Source: Octopus sinensis (lineage: Eukaryota). Taken from it: 64,000 nt of DNA. Where the stretch lies: positions 27,093,360 through 27,157,359 of the forward strand of contig NC_043019.1 in NCBI RefSeq assembly GCF_006345805.1. Reading direction: 5' to 3'. Both the position numbers and the translations under genes were made by a program. Position 1 is the stretch's first letter. Every line of letters starts with the position of its first letter. Shown one piece after another: positions 12,509 through 25,640 of this stretch. The notes under the pieces were generated by a model. That model searched no databases, was not told the origin of the DNA, and was given only the letters and a program-made list of their open reading frames with translations.

Positions 12509-12858
12509 AATCTCTGTTGCTTCACCAACCAGCGATAAATTACAGAACTTAAGTGTAGACTATTTTTTAACACATTACAACTCAAAGGCTCTTAATTCCA
12601 ATACTATCACTTAAACGTTTCCTATCATTCAGGTGGTATTCCAAGCCTGTTATCGTTGAAGTATCGTATTAAAATTATGAAGAAAGCGTTCATTTTTATG
12701 TTCTCTTCTTTTTTTTTATTTAAAGATCCTTGAATGAGCAACTCATTCAAGAACAGCTGTGTTCAGCTGACAGCTGTCATTTCATTTCTGGCTTTCGCGG
12801 GAATACTATAATTGTCTTTGACTGCATTACAAGTATATATATGCGTATATATATATGA

Positions 12859-12906
<48 letters not shown>

Positions 12907-13050
12907 ATATATATATATATATATATTATATATGAGTATATATATATATATATAAACATATATATGTATGTATATGTATGTATTTTATATATGTATGTAT
13001 ATATATATAAACATAGCACAACGCTTTCCTATTTGGAAGCCTCTTATTGT

Positions 13051-13099
<49 letters not shown>

Positions 13100-13101
13100 A
13101 T

Positions 13102-13478
13102 CTGGCAGAATCGTTAGCACGCCGGGCGAAATGCGTAGCCGTATTTCGCCTGCCGTTACGTTCTGAGTTTAAATTCCGCCGAGGTCAACTTTGCCTTTCA
13201 TCCTTTCGGGGTCGATAAATTAAGTACCAGTTACACACTGGGGTCGATGTAATCGACTTAATCCGTTCGTCCGTCCTTGTTTGTCCCCTCTGTGATGGTA
13301 AAGAAATAGGTATTTCGTCTGTCTTTAGGTTCTCAGTTCAAATTCCGCCGCCGGGTTCGAGATTTGCCTTTCATCCTTGCGGGGTCGATAAATTAAGTAC
13401 CAGTTGCGTACTGGGGGTTGATCTAATCGAGTGGTCCCTTCCTAAAAATTTCGGGCCTTGTGTGTAGAGTAGAAAAGT
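13102..13478 (+). mobile_element. Dimeric tRNA-derived SINE with Meta-domain-like core
   Basis: gagttcaaattcc B-box and gcctttcatcctttcggggtcgataaattaagtacc each present twice. Copies at 56646-57048, 45325-45465, 59745-59825 and a head at about 1265. Confidence 0.82.
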
Positions 13479-13529
13479 ATATATATACATATGTATATTA
13501 GCTGCTTTTTCGTATATGAGTGAGGCCAT

Positions 13530-13800
13530 TACTAGAAAGAATTCCTGAAATAAGTCAACGTTGATGCAATGTGAAGCCTTTGTATGACTCTTGAGGTCGA
13601 CGAAAGTTTTACACATTCTATTGCATAATGCACCGCTGTGCTGGCTGGCAGAGGAAACAGGTGCTGCAATATGAACTCTTTTGATGAGCCTTTTCAACCC
13701 TCCAACTGAAAGGCACACGTTTCCACAGGGTGCAGATGTTCTGATGGCTGACCAGGCCTGCACGATTCGAGCACACATGCACAAAACAACACTCCATCAT
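13530..13800 (-). mobile_element. Degraded triple C2H2-like zinc-finger remnant, probably the 3' end of an RTE-type LINE
   Basis: CSNRAGLVSHQNIC, CGNVCLSVGGLKR.IKRVH and CNRMCKTFVDLKSH motifs in shifting frames. Confidence 0.45.
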
Positions 13801-13830
13801 TCCCCACAGGTTAATTCCTTCTAAGCCTTC

Positions 13831-14254
13831 GGATCTTTTCGGTTTGAACGGTAGTTTTTAACATAATTTCTAGGTAACTAAAAAATTTTAAACTTCGTAT
13901 ACTGGTAGAATGTGTTTATAAAACATTTTTTTTCTTTTGGCTTTATTGAGGAAATTCTATAGTTTGTAAGATATTTGTTGTTTTTTTTCTTCAATTTCTG
14001 CAATTTCAACCAATCACTGACGTCTATTGAGGTAAAAAAAACATTCTGTGCCGTATGAATATTCCCGCGTTTAAGAAACAGATTGGGTTTATTTACATTT
14101 GTGAAGAAAAAAGATACCCTTCCTCCCACCCCTAACCCTAACCCTAACCCTAAAACAGATTGAAATGCAATAGAACGATACTAGGGTCATAATTATGGGT
14201 GACAATTTCATAAGACACCGCTAGAAAAAACTGACGTTCAAACCGAAAAGATCC
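13831..14254. mobile_element. Merlin-type MITE with (CCCTAA)4
   Basis: Same TIR; perfect TSD aagccttc. Confidence 0.88.
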
Positions 14255-14839
14255 AAGCCTTCTTCTAATCTCTTTCTTACAAATATAAACAATATATCTC
14301 AAATAATGTTTATGCATAATTACCAGGAGTCAATCTCAACTAATTAACCAACAACTGAATGTTTTTTTATCCGGTCAAAAACAGACAACGCCAGGAAATG
14401 GTCGGGAAATACCGGGCAACACCGGGGACCGCCGGACAACACCGGGCAATGCCGAGCAACGCTAGGCAATCCCAGTTATCCTCTTATTATGTCCTCTGAG
14501 TATTTCACTGAATTTGAATGCGACAACAGCACAAACGTTAAAACATTCCTGTCTCCACATAGCAAATGCACACCGCGTTTTCTTTATTATTTGCATCAGA
14601 CTGGAAACTGAAAAATAATATATATATTGGATTATGCAATCGTGTATCTGATATGTCTGACGCCAGCTGCATTTCAGAAAATTGTTCTCATACCACTTGA
14701 ATGCATCTTGCGAGGTCTCTCAGGGCTGCACTTTTCCTTCTGTCATTCAGTTGTAAAAATAAGCTGGATATTTAATACTGTAATTTATTCTATAATACTC
14801 CTTATTCTATATTTATCACTCTGTATTAATGAGAGTAGC

Positions 14840-16350
14840 CGTCTGGGTTGCCTAAAAAGCTTGTTTCGTTTTTGAAGCGAAAATAAAACATGAGTTTTAA
14901 TCTCAAAACAATTTATTTTATCAACGACTAGCAGTATCGCCCGGCGTTGCTCGGGTTTGTAAGGGAAATAACTATGTAAGCATTTTTAGAGATGTAAAGT
15001 ATAATAGCCATCTCAATATGGCTAACCACAAAGTGGGGGGTGTTACTGTAGCTTTTTACGTTCTGAGATTTAATAATAAATTTTTAGAGAGTTACTTCCC
15101 TTATATATGCCAAAAATGCATTAAAAATGGGAAAAATTATGGTAAATTTTTTTTAAAATCGTAGACTCATCGTAGACGCATGCTAATATCCAGAAGGGCT
15201 CGATATGAATCACGACTATAAGATACCCGGTTTTGGTTAAACTGCACCTCAAAATGTGGGAGTAGTTAGGAATATAAATCGTAGGAGACAGACAGCATAC
15301 AACCTCACTTTTATATATAAAGACTAGCAGTATCGCCCGGCGTTGCTCGGGTTTATAAGGGAAATAACTATATAAGCATTTTTAGAGAGTTACTTCCTTT
15401 ATAGATGCCAATTCGGACTTTCTTAGCCATTTCTGTTTTGGTGTCTTCAAGCCATGAAGTCGTTGTTCTAAAAGAACGCTGGTCTCCTTGACAACGCATT
15501 ACGACGTTCATTTCCTTAAACTCCCTTCCCCACAGCTTCACGAGGGAGGGAAGAAGGGGGATAAGCAAACAGGTGCAGGTGTGACCATGGACGCCAACGC
15601 CGCCGCCATCGACACCCGAAAAATTATGCATTAAAATGGAATAAAAAATTATGTTAAATTATTTTTAAAATCGTAGACTCATCGTAGACGCGCGCTAATA
15701 CTCAGACGGGCTTGATATGAATCACGACTATAAGATACCCGAATTTGGTTAAACTGCACCGCAAAATGTGGGAGTAGTTAGGAATCTAAATCGAAAGGGA
15801 CAGACACTCACACAACTACAGTTTTATATATATAGATATTACTGTTTCATTCTAGTTTATTTTGCCATCTTGTGAGCTGATCCATTATTCCCTGCTTAAA
15901 GAATTCCCTGTCCTTACTGATAAAGAACCCTTTCAGCTGATTTTTCACTTCCTTATACAGACTTGAATGTCTGTCCATTCAAAGAATTTTGAAGACACCG
16001 AAACAGTTGGAAATCTCAGGGTGCAAACACAAGCGGATATGGAAGACACCACAAAACTTCCCAGCCGAGTCCCAATATCTTGTGCAGCGTCTGTGCCGAA
16101 GTGTATGGTGTGACAGCGTTGTGATAAAAGACAACGTCCGTACAGTTAGCAAGTACTGGGCGCGTCTGGTGTATAACTGTATTTAGTTTGTCCACATCCC
16201 AAATGATGGACCCGTCCGTGGGGAGGAGCTCATAAAAGCCAACACCATTCCAATCCCTCTAAATGAAAGCATTCCTTCTTCGGAGGGAAGTTCTGCTTTG
16301 GAGGTCTTTGTGGTGGCTCGCTGCATGAAATGAAGAAAATCTTAAATGCT
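14840..16350 (-). mobile_element. Degraded mariner interrupted by tandem Helitrons
   Basis: Mariner-type 3' terminus at about 14840; transposase remnants resume after 15837. Confidence 0.55.
14928..15836 (-). mobile_element. Two head-to-tail non-autonomous Helitrons (14928-15323 and 15324-15836)
   Basis: Each runs 5'-TC(T/A)TATATATAAAA... to hairpin cccgagcaacgccggg and CTAG-3'; the array sits between A and T with no TSD. Confidence 0.82.
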
Positions 16351-16900
16351 GGAGAATAGCTGTGAAAACACATTTATAAAATCGGGTAAAAATATTCTTA
16401 TAGCCAGAAAAAACAGCTGTCAGCGTCTGCTACAGAGAATCGAACTCCGTAGCTTTTAAATTCCAGCTGAGCACTCTGTATCATTGAACCAAATGAGCGT
16501 TAACAACGGGTTCCATTTTACCTAATGGCTTTTTGTAATGTGAGAACATTTTCCATAAACAAACGTCGAAGCGTCGAGTGGTTGACATACTTTTAGAAAT
16601 CAAGGAGATCTCGAACGCAGGAGGTGATCTAAACTCTTGAAAACATATTTCTATAAGATGTCATATAAAGATCTGCACCTTTTAAAGCCGCTTGTGATAG
16701 TGAAAAGAGGATACAGATAGAACGACCCACTATTAATCTTGTCAAAATGTTGAGGTTATCAACTCGATCATATTCTCGAAAACGATCTCTGCAGAATTTT
16801 ATTAGAAAAATATACTTTTTGAGAAAGTTATGAGAAAGTAAAGTCATGAATGTACCAAACTGTTGTTTTGTCATGTAATAGAAGTGTTTGATTCTTGGTA

Positions 16901-17037
16901 TAATTCCAGATAAGATGTTGCTGTGGTTATGCTAGTTGATACTGGTGTCATTTGAATGCTAAAAGAATGCGAAGCGCATTGTGACCAGCGATGTGTAGCA
17001 ACATATGATAGCCTGGTCGGTCACGGTGATCACGATG

Positions 17038-17113
<76 letters not shown>

Positions 17114-17135
17114 TTATATATATATATTTACATAC

Positions 17136-17183
<48 letters not shown>

Positions 17184-17230
17184 ATATATATGATATATAT
17201 ATATATATATATTATATATATTATATATAG

Positions 17231-17303
<73 letters not shown>

Positions 17304-17645
17304 AGGAGGCACAATGGCCCAGTGGTTAGAACAGCGGACTCGCAGTCGGTGGATCGCGGTTTCGATTCCCAGACCAGGCGTTGTGTGTGTTTATTGAGCG
17401 AAAACACATAAAAGCTCCACGAGGCTTCGGCAGGGGGTGGGGGTGACCCCTGTTGTACTCTTTCGCCACATAATTCCAGATAAGATGTTGCTGTGGTTAT
17501 GCTAGTTGATACTGGTGTCATTTGAATGCTAAAAGAATGCGAAGCGCATTGTGACCAGCGATGTGTAGCAACATATGATAGCCTGGTCGGTCACGGTGAT
17601 CACGATGATATATATATATATACACACTTATATATATATATTTAC

Positions 17646-17676
<31 letters not shown>

Positions 17677-17718
17677 ATATATATATATATATATTATATA
17701 TATATATATATTATATTA

Positions 17719-17785
<67 letters not shown>

Positions 17786-17952
17786 AGGAGGCACAATGGC
17801 CCAGTGGTTAGAACAGCGGACTCGCAGTCGGAGGATCGCGGCTTCGATTCCCAGACCAGGCGTTGTGTGTGTTTATTGAGCGAAAACACATAAAAGCTCC
17901 ACGAGGCTTCGGCAGGGGGTGGGGGTGACCCCTGTTGTACTCTTTCGCCACA
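16901..17952 (+). repeat. Recent tandem duplication (570-bp and 482-bp units)
   Basis: taattccagataagatg... repeats exactly at 16901 and 17471; the units differ mainly in TA tract length and two substitutions. Confidence 0.9.
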
Positions 17953-18077
17953 ACTTTCTCTCACTTTCCCTGAGTAACGCTGCAATGGACTGGCGTCCCG
18001 TCCAGATAGGGGGAACACATACGCCACAGAAACCGGGAAACCGGGCTCATGAGCCTGGCTAGGCCTGAAAAGGGCGA
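17786..18077 (+). mobile_element. tRNA-derived SINE with V-domain-like core
   Basis: Head tggcccagtggttag...ttcgattccc; core atggactggcgtcccgtccag...gaaaccgg. The same head with a different tail lies at 29178-29476(-); that tail also occurs at about 16944, 17514, 43114 and 57460. Confidence 0.8.
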
Positions 18078-18079
18078 CG

Positions 18080-18116
<37 letters not shown>

Positions 18117-18517
18117 TATATAGATAGATAGATACTAGTAGTAATACCCGTTGGGTAATTGCTTTTACTCTTTCTCTGAGCTACAGTCAAAGTGTTAGAT
18201 ATATAGATTATCTCCTCTTGTATGTGTTATTTTATATATCAATACGTGTAATGGCAATTATATAATACACAACATTTTGGTTGGCACGGAACTATAATGA
18301 AAGACAATTACCCAATGTGCCGCACAGTAGGACTGAACCCAAGGTGACATGATTGGAATTGAAGCTTCTCAACCACACAGCCACGCCTATAAAGGGGAGA
18401 TACATTTGGGATAATATACTCTTTGATACAATATGCTTAACAAAAAGATGGGATATTTATGGAGAGAAGACCTTTGATTTTAATATTTACTCGACCAACG
18501 CATCAACTAACGACATA

Positions 18518-18985
18518 AGGGTGTTCTAGAATTAACTATCCGTTTCAATGAAATTGACTAAATTTTTAAAAACTGACAGAATTTTATGTTCATTACCAAA
18601 ACAAATAGATTTATAAATCTTACGTCAAACTTTTATTGAAACTTTCCAACATGTCTGTATCCCTGCATACCTCAGATCTCTCCTTAGCGTTGTGAAGCAC
18701 ATTTTGAAGCATTTCAGGAGTTAGCACCTGCATTGCTAACTGAATGTGTTCTTTAAGCTCAGCTGAACGATTGCTCCATCTTCGGGATGAAGGTAAAGAA
18801 AATGATAGCAGCCAAATTGAAAAAAAAAAAAAAGCTGTCGTGGACAAATAAGAGGGGTCCAACAGGAATGAAAATAAAATTATAAACAAAATTCAAAATT
18901 TATGCACTTTTAACACATATTAAACATGATAAACATAAATACAAGTGAGCTTTAAAAAATCATGATTAATTCTGGGATACCCTGT
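18518..18985. mobile_element. Internally deleted Tc1/mariner-superfamily element
   Basis: Imperfect TIRs agggtgttctagaattaa / ttaattctgggataccctg; minus-strand C-terminal remnant ELKEHI...TPEMLQNV. Confidence 0.6.
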
Positions 18986-19102
18986 GTTAACTCGTTCGAC
19001 TAAACGGGGGGGGGGGTAGTGGAAGGGGACTAATTGCAGGTGGCGAGCGTAGCTTCTGGAAGTGGCACGTGGTCAAACTCAAATGGCTGTGAGTCACAAC
19101 AG

Positions 19103-19301
19103 CTCTTTTACTTGTTTCAGTCATTTGACTGCGGCCATGCTGGAGCACCACCTTTAGTTGAGCAAATCGACCCCGGGACTTATTCTTTGTAAGCCCAGTA
19201 CTTATTCTATCGGTCTCTTTTGCCGAACCGCTAAGTGACGGGGACGTAAACACACCAGCATCGGTTGTCAAGCAATGCTAGGGGGATAAACACACACACA
19301 C

Positions 19302-19332
<31 letters not shown>

Positions 19333-19492
19333 TACGACAGGCTTCTTTCAGTTTCCATCTACCAAATCAACTCACAAGGCATTGGTCGGCCCGGGGCTAT
19401 AGCAGAAGACACTTGCCCAAGATGCCACGCAGTGGGACTGAACCCGGAACCATGTGGTTGGTTAGCAAGCTACTTACCACACAGCCACTCCT
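19103..19492 (-). mobile_element. Dominant tRNA-derived SINE with internal (TA)/(TG) microsatellite (representative copy)
   Basis: A/B-box head ggagtggctgtgtggtaag...gggttcagtccc and tail gcagtcaaatgactgaaacaagtaaaagag. Other copies at about 21678-22203+, 22825-22970+, 23321-23780+, 28155-28645+, 29041-29140+, 29878-30300+, 31740-31898-, 33315-33480+, 34285-34690-, 34750-34905+, 35380-35767-, 38085-38415+, 46855-47015-, 48705-49100-, 51305-51712+, 60089-60507+. Confidence 0.92.
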
Positions 19493-20462
19493 GGCTTTTT
19501 TGTATGAACCTTTTGCATTATATAGTTCAGACGTGGGTGACATAGAAAGCAGACATGCTGCCGGGCGATGCTGCGTTGCTCGGGATTGGAAACGTGAAAC
19601 ATCAACAAGGCACTTCTGGAGAATGGATGAATGGGTTTGTTGTGCCTTTACCCATCCACACACACACACATGGTCCGGTGGTGTGCAGGATGGTAACATG
19701 AAGCATCAACAGGGCGCCGACAAAAATTGTAATGCTCTTCTCATTTCCTCTGCCAAATTGGACAAAATAGTTTTCATGAAATATTATACACTACTTATAA
19801 TGCATAAGTAATGTCAATATTTTAGCGTCGGAAAATGGCCTAAAACAAAGATAGAACCCAGTGCAGTCTACTCAGATCTGATTAATCTGTTATGTGCGGA
19901 GTGACCCATAATCGGCGTCGGAAATTTTCTTTTAGTCAACAGCAATTCGAGAAGCCTGATTAATATTTGTTGCAAATTTGGAACAAAGCGACCGGATACT
20001 CTTCAAGTTACGGGCCTTAATGTTACCAAAAACGCTTTAAAAATACGGTTTATCCGCCCCTGGGCCCACATTAGGCAAGAAGTTTAAAATGTCTTTGGCC
20101 CATGACACTTCATGAACCCTAAATAATGCATGTGTAAAATTTGAATGAAATCAAATCGGTTGGGTAATTCGCGAGTTTTAGGGATTCGCAAAGACAGACA
20201 GACACACATTCTCAGTTTTATATATAGAGATTGCAGTGTACAAATGTGCATCTAATACGCTTGTTGCCGGCTGTATTTCAATTAGTTGTGCTCACGGCAC
20301 TTCAATGAAACTTGCAAGCTCTCTTTGGCAGGCAATTTTCCTCTTGTTGTTCGGCTGTAAAAATAATAAACTTGATATTCAATACTGTAATTAATACTTT
20401 AATATTTCTTATTTTGTATTTATAGTTCCATCTTAGTGAGAGTAACTGTCTTCTTACTTGTT

Positions 20463-20537
<75 letters not shown>

Positions 20538-20699
20538 AGTAAATAATAATAATGGTATTTTTATATAAGCTTAAAGCTTATGTCGATCACCGTGCAATGA
20601 CTAATGAAAATAATCTAATAAAGGGGCATATAAGCCCTCCAAATACACACACACACGCACACACACAGACACACACACACACACACATACGTGAACGGT

Positions 20700-21610
20700 T
20701 TCCATAACCTCAAGACACTCCTTTGCAACACCTGACACTTGCTGAACCTTCCCTTTCCTGCCAGTTCTCGGTTTGGGTTGGGGTTGATCTCACAGCCTTA
20801 TATCCAGAATCCTAAAGCAAACAAAAGTGCCTTGTTCTTCGATGGACTTTAGGGCTAACTTTAGTTTCGCTTCGTAACAGTCGAGAGCAACCTCAATGAG
20901 GCCATGTGGAATACTAAACCACTTCTTGGTCTTAACCTCCTTCATATCCATTGTGATTATGCCGATATCATTTAGCAACAGAGGCCAGAGAAGTCTCATT
21001 ATCAGAATTAATTGCAGACACCAGACTCTGAGGGACATAAATTCGTTTCCTGGTATTTATTAATCTTGACCTCCATCAAATCCATTGTGCATATGCTGTA
21101 TCGTATAACAACAAAGGCCAGTAAAGTTTTGGTGCCAGCATTAACTGCCGGCACCAGACTCTGTCTTTTCCAGACAGGCCACCCAGGTTCATTGCTTGTA
21201 AGCACTTCTCTACCATTTTTTAAAAATTTCGTTTCTTTCCTTTGCGTCATACTACCTACGAAAACTCTTGACCACTGCTGGAGTGGGTTTATTAGCTGCA
21301 GTGAACGAGATCTTATTCACTTCTTTCTTCATCCGTACTGAATAACTCCAAGACTTCTTAGGTTTAAAACTCATTCTAGAAGTGGTGACTTCTGTATCCC
21401 ACGAGTCTCATTTTCTTTTGTGGAAAGTACAGTTATGTCATACATAAATACTCATAGATATAGTTGGGGGAAGGGCATTCCGAATCCACCACTTAAGCCA
21501 GACAAACATGTACCACTCGTCACTACATTCAAGATGACCTCTATTGCCAGCACAAGCGATAATGAGGAAAGGGCTGTGTCAATTATCATGCCACTTCTAG
21601 ACTAATCCAG
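20700..21610 (-). mobile_element. Degraded Hero/NeSL-type non-LTR retrotransposon RT fragment
   Basis: Minus-strand remnants LVLAIEVIL, FMYDITV (FMDD), RMSFKPKKS, RVWCLQ..I.RLLWPLL, AKLKLALKSIEE. Confidence 0.75.
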
Positions 21611-21857
21611 TCTGGTGGGAAATATTTTATTGAGAATCGCAATGAGAAGTCGTGAAATAATATTTCGGCATTTCTATAGGCGCCAGCGTGGCTGAGTGGT
21701 AAGAAGCTTGCTTCCCAACCACATGCTTCCGGGTTCAGTCCCACTGTGTGGCCACCTTGGGCAAGTGTTTTCTGCTATAGCCTCTACTCGACCAAAGCCT
21801 TGTGAGTGGATATGTACAGAAACTGGAAGAAGCCTGTCGTATGATATTAATATATAG

Positions 21858-21933
<76 letters not shown>

Positions 21934-22271
21934 CATGCATGTGTGTGCATGCAGTGTGTGTGTTTGTGTGTGTCTATCTATGTGCCTGTGTCTGTGTTTG
22001 TCCCCCTGGCCCATCACCGCTTGACAACAGGAGGTGTTTGTGCGTTTACATCCCCGTAATCTAACGGTTCGGGAAGAGAGCCCGATGCAATAAGTACTAG
22101 GCTTAAAAACTAAGTCACGAGATAGATTTGTTCGACTAAAAAAAAACCTTCAAGGCGGTGCTCCTGCATGGCCGCGGTCAGATGATCGAACCAAGTAAAA
22201 GAATATGTGTGTGTGCGTGGGTACTCGTGTTGTGAATGCGTGTACGCATGTATATATGTATGCATGCTCAC

Positions 22272-22302
<31 letters not shown>

Positions 22303-22420
22303 CAATATTAACAATGATAATATATATATGTTGATATATATACTTTATTTAAAAGCGGTACAAATTCCTGGTATTTGAGTACTCTTTTTCCCACCATGTT
22401 TCACATTTATGTGTTTACTC

Positions 22421-22464
<44 letters not shown>

Positions 22465-22587
22465 ACAATATGTTACATTACTCGGTAGTCAAGATACATA
22501 TTGTATAGATAAATTTCCTCTATTTACATAATATTGAGGTCTCTTTCTTTCTTTTGTTATCTTACCGTTTTATCAATATATATATAT

Positions 22588-22654
<67 letters not shown>

Positions 22655-22755
22655 GTGGTACAACAAGGCACCATCATTTACTGGAAAAGAGCAATCGATA
22701 CAAATACAACGCTATTGTATAACTTCACTGCGTAATTACAGAGAAACACCTATAT

Positions 22756-22826
<71 letters not shown>

Positions 22827-23130
22827 TATGTGTGTGGGTGTTTATCCCTCCACCATCGGTTAACCACCGATGTTGGTGTGTTTACGTCTCTGTAACTTAG
22901 CGGTTCGCAAAAAGGCTCTGATAGAACAAGTACTAGACTTACCAAGAAAAGTACTGGGGTCGATTTGTTCTGCAAAATAGGGGTAGCTTATCCTGTTCAG
23001 GGTATATTATTAGCATTCTGCTGCGTTTGAGAATTTAAAAATTCACTTCTTTAACTTTCTAAGAAATCTCAACGCTTCTAAAGCAAACTTACTTTGTTGT
23101 GTTTATGGTTTATCGTAATTTGAATTTAAC

Positions 23131-23173
<43 letters not shown>

Positions 23174-23779
23174 GTATATATAATATAATAAAATAAATTA
23201 TAAATTAATGTTATCGCCATATTATATGGCAGTCTTATAGATATAAGACTAAAAGCTGTCGCTGATTAGTTCCATGAGGCCATCGCCTTAAGATAGCTAT
23301 TTGACACACAAACTGTGTCCAGGAGTAGCTGTGTTGTAAGTACTTGCTAACCAACCACATAGTTCCGGTTCAGTCCCTGACTGCGTGGCATTTTGGGCAA
23401 ATGTCTTCTGCTATAGCCCCGTGCCGACCAATGCCTTGTGAGTGGATTTGATAGACGGAAACTGAAAGAAGCCTGTCGTATATATGTATATGTATATATA
23501 TATAATATATATATATATTATATATATATATAATATAATATATATATATATGTATGTGTGTGTGTGTTTGTGTGTCTGTGTTTGTCCCCCTAGCATTGCT
23601 TGACAACCGATGCTGATGTGCTTACGTCCCTGTCACTTAGCGGTTCGGCAAAAGAGACCGATAGAATAAGTACTGGGCTTACAAAGAAAATTCCGGGGTC
23701 GATTTGCTCGACTAAAGGCGGTGCTCCAGCATGGCCGCAGTCAAATGACTGAAACAAGTAAAAAAATAAAAGAGTAAGA

Positions 23780-23815
<36 letters not shown>

Positions 23816-24511
23816 GTTTAGATATTAGATCTTGATCTGAGCCAGACAGATACAGGTAAGTAGATTAGATAGATGAACATGTAATGTTACATACATGCAC
23901 ACATAATACCTACCTACCAACATACATACATGCACACATAAGTCAAAGGGAGATAACTGGTCTTGGGACTGAAATATTTATTACGCGAAAAGCGTTAATA
24001 TTTTACCACCAGATTTGTTTCACGTTGCAGAACCTGGATTTCCTGTTCGATGCGGATACAGGACCAAACTGTTGGATACACAATTACACTGGATCAACAT
24101 ATATCCGTATATATATCATATAATTATGTGTTTTTGACTTATAAAGAAGCATAAAATAATATGCATATTTGAAGCACTTGTGTGTGACGTTCGTATTTGT
24201 AATGTAAATCTGTTAATCTGGTTTCTCTCTCTATTCTGTTATTCTGGTTTATGTTCGTATTTTCTCAACCGTTAAATGTTGTCATTGAAGGACTGCCGCG
24301 CGCTGAGTTAGACACACGGTCTGAACTAATAAATGAACTCCACTGTATCTATCGAGTATTTACGCATTTTGTTTAGCCAGCGAAACGTGGGTGACTCTAA
24401 GCACACATGTATTCACACACGTATGCGTGCCTGCACGATTAACTCTATGTATGTGTCTGTGCGTGCGTGTGTGTGTGTGCGTGTGTTGTGTGTGTGTGTT
24501 TGTGTGATCTC

Positions 24512-24800
24512 GGATCTTTTCACTTTGACCGGCAGATTTTTAAAATAATTTCTTTGTATCTAAACACTTTAAAACTTCGTATACTGGTAGAATGTGTTAC
24601 ATAAAACATCTTTTTCTCTTGGCTTTATTAAGAAAATTCAGTAGTTTGTAAAGCTATTTGTTGTTTAATTTCTTGCATGTCGGCAATTTCAACCAATCAA
24701 TGACGTCTATTGAGGTGAATACAATTTCTGCCGTAACATTCTCTGGCGGTGTCATATCAATGTGTAACTGTTATTTATGAGAAAAAAAGATGCCCTGCGG
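24512..24800. mobile_element. Truncated related Merlin-type MITE subfamily
   Basis: Starts ggatcttttcactttgaccggcag; internal homology to the MITEs above. Confidence 0.65.
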
Positions 24801-25429
24801 TCATAAACTGCGGGGTCACTCATAAACAGGGCTAGATAACAAAACCGTTCCCTCATTAATCATTACTCATTTTGCCCCACTTAAGACATATTTTTGTTTT
24901 ATAAGTTGAAAATGATCAAATTAGACATTAGTGTGAGAAAAATTGACTTGGAATCCAACAGAGAAGAGAATTTTGATTGTTAATCACCGAACATATGCAG
25001 ATATTTTATTAGCACCCTCAATTACAATCGGGTCAGAGAGTTGAGGAAAGTTTTCTTAAAAAACCAAAAGTACCTGACACCTATATTTCAAACTTTTTCT
25101 ACTACAACAACAACTATGCTAACCAATTTTTACTCCCAAAGATGATGTAAGGAGAGAAAATTATTACGTAACACTTGCAATGCAGTGGTTTCAAACACGT
25201 AGGAAGAAAATAAGAAGAAATCAGAAATTACCAATTTTGCCCCACCTTCATGCACATATATTTAGCACCAAAAGCCTAAAGTGTGTGTTGTGCCGAGCCA
25301 CGATGGCTCGTGTTGACTGTCATTGCGGGTGTCTTGGATTCCGACTATTCAAATACGGCAACTTTGCCTCTTGTATTTAAAAGATCCAAAAGAAGACACC
25401 TTAGCCTGCTGGGCTACAGCTCACCGTTA

Positions 25430-25640
25430 CCCATAACCAAGTTATCCATAATTTCAGATTAAAATCTAGTGTTGTCTCCCTTCGTAAAAAACCGTCTATA
25501 GTTATCTCCCATGTTGTACTTCCGGTTCCTATTTTGTTATTCATCAAACATGGAGTATAAACAGGTCACAGCCTTAATTCAGTGACTGCAAACTTAATGC
25601 CTGGCTCATATTTCTCCTACGTGCATGTATCTTAAAAGAG
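25430..25640 (+). promoter_or_regulatory. Candidate EBAG9 promoter and non-coding first exon
   Basis: Unique, non-repeat island with ETS-type ACTTCCGG at 25518-25525 and donor-like GAG|gtaaac at 25640/25641. The ATG exon has an acceptor 1 nt upstream of ATG, so a 5'UTR exon must exist; this location is a guess. Confidence 0.3.

Noticed and set aside
17786-17860. tRNA-like sequences at SINE heads
   Set aside because: They continue directly into SINE bodies and lack a clean cloverleaf and terminator, so they are not called tRNA genes.
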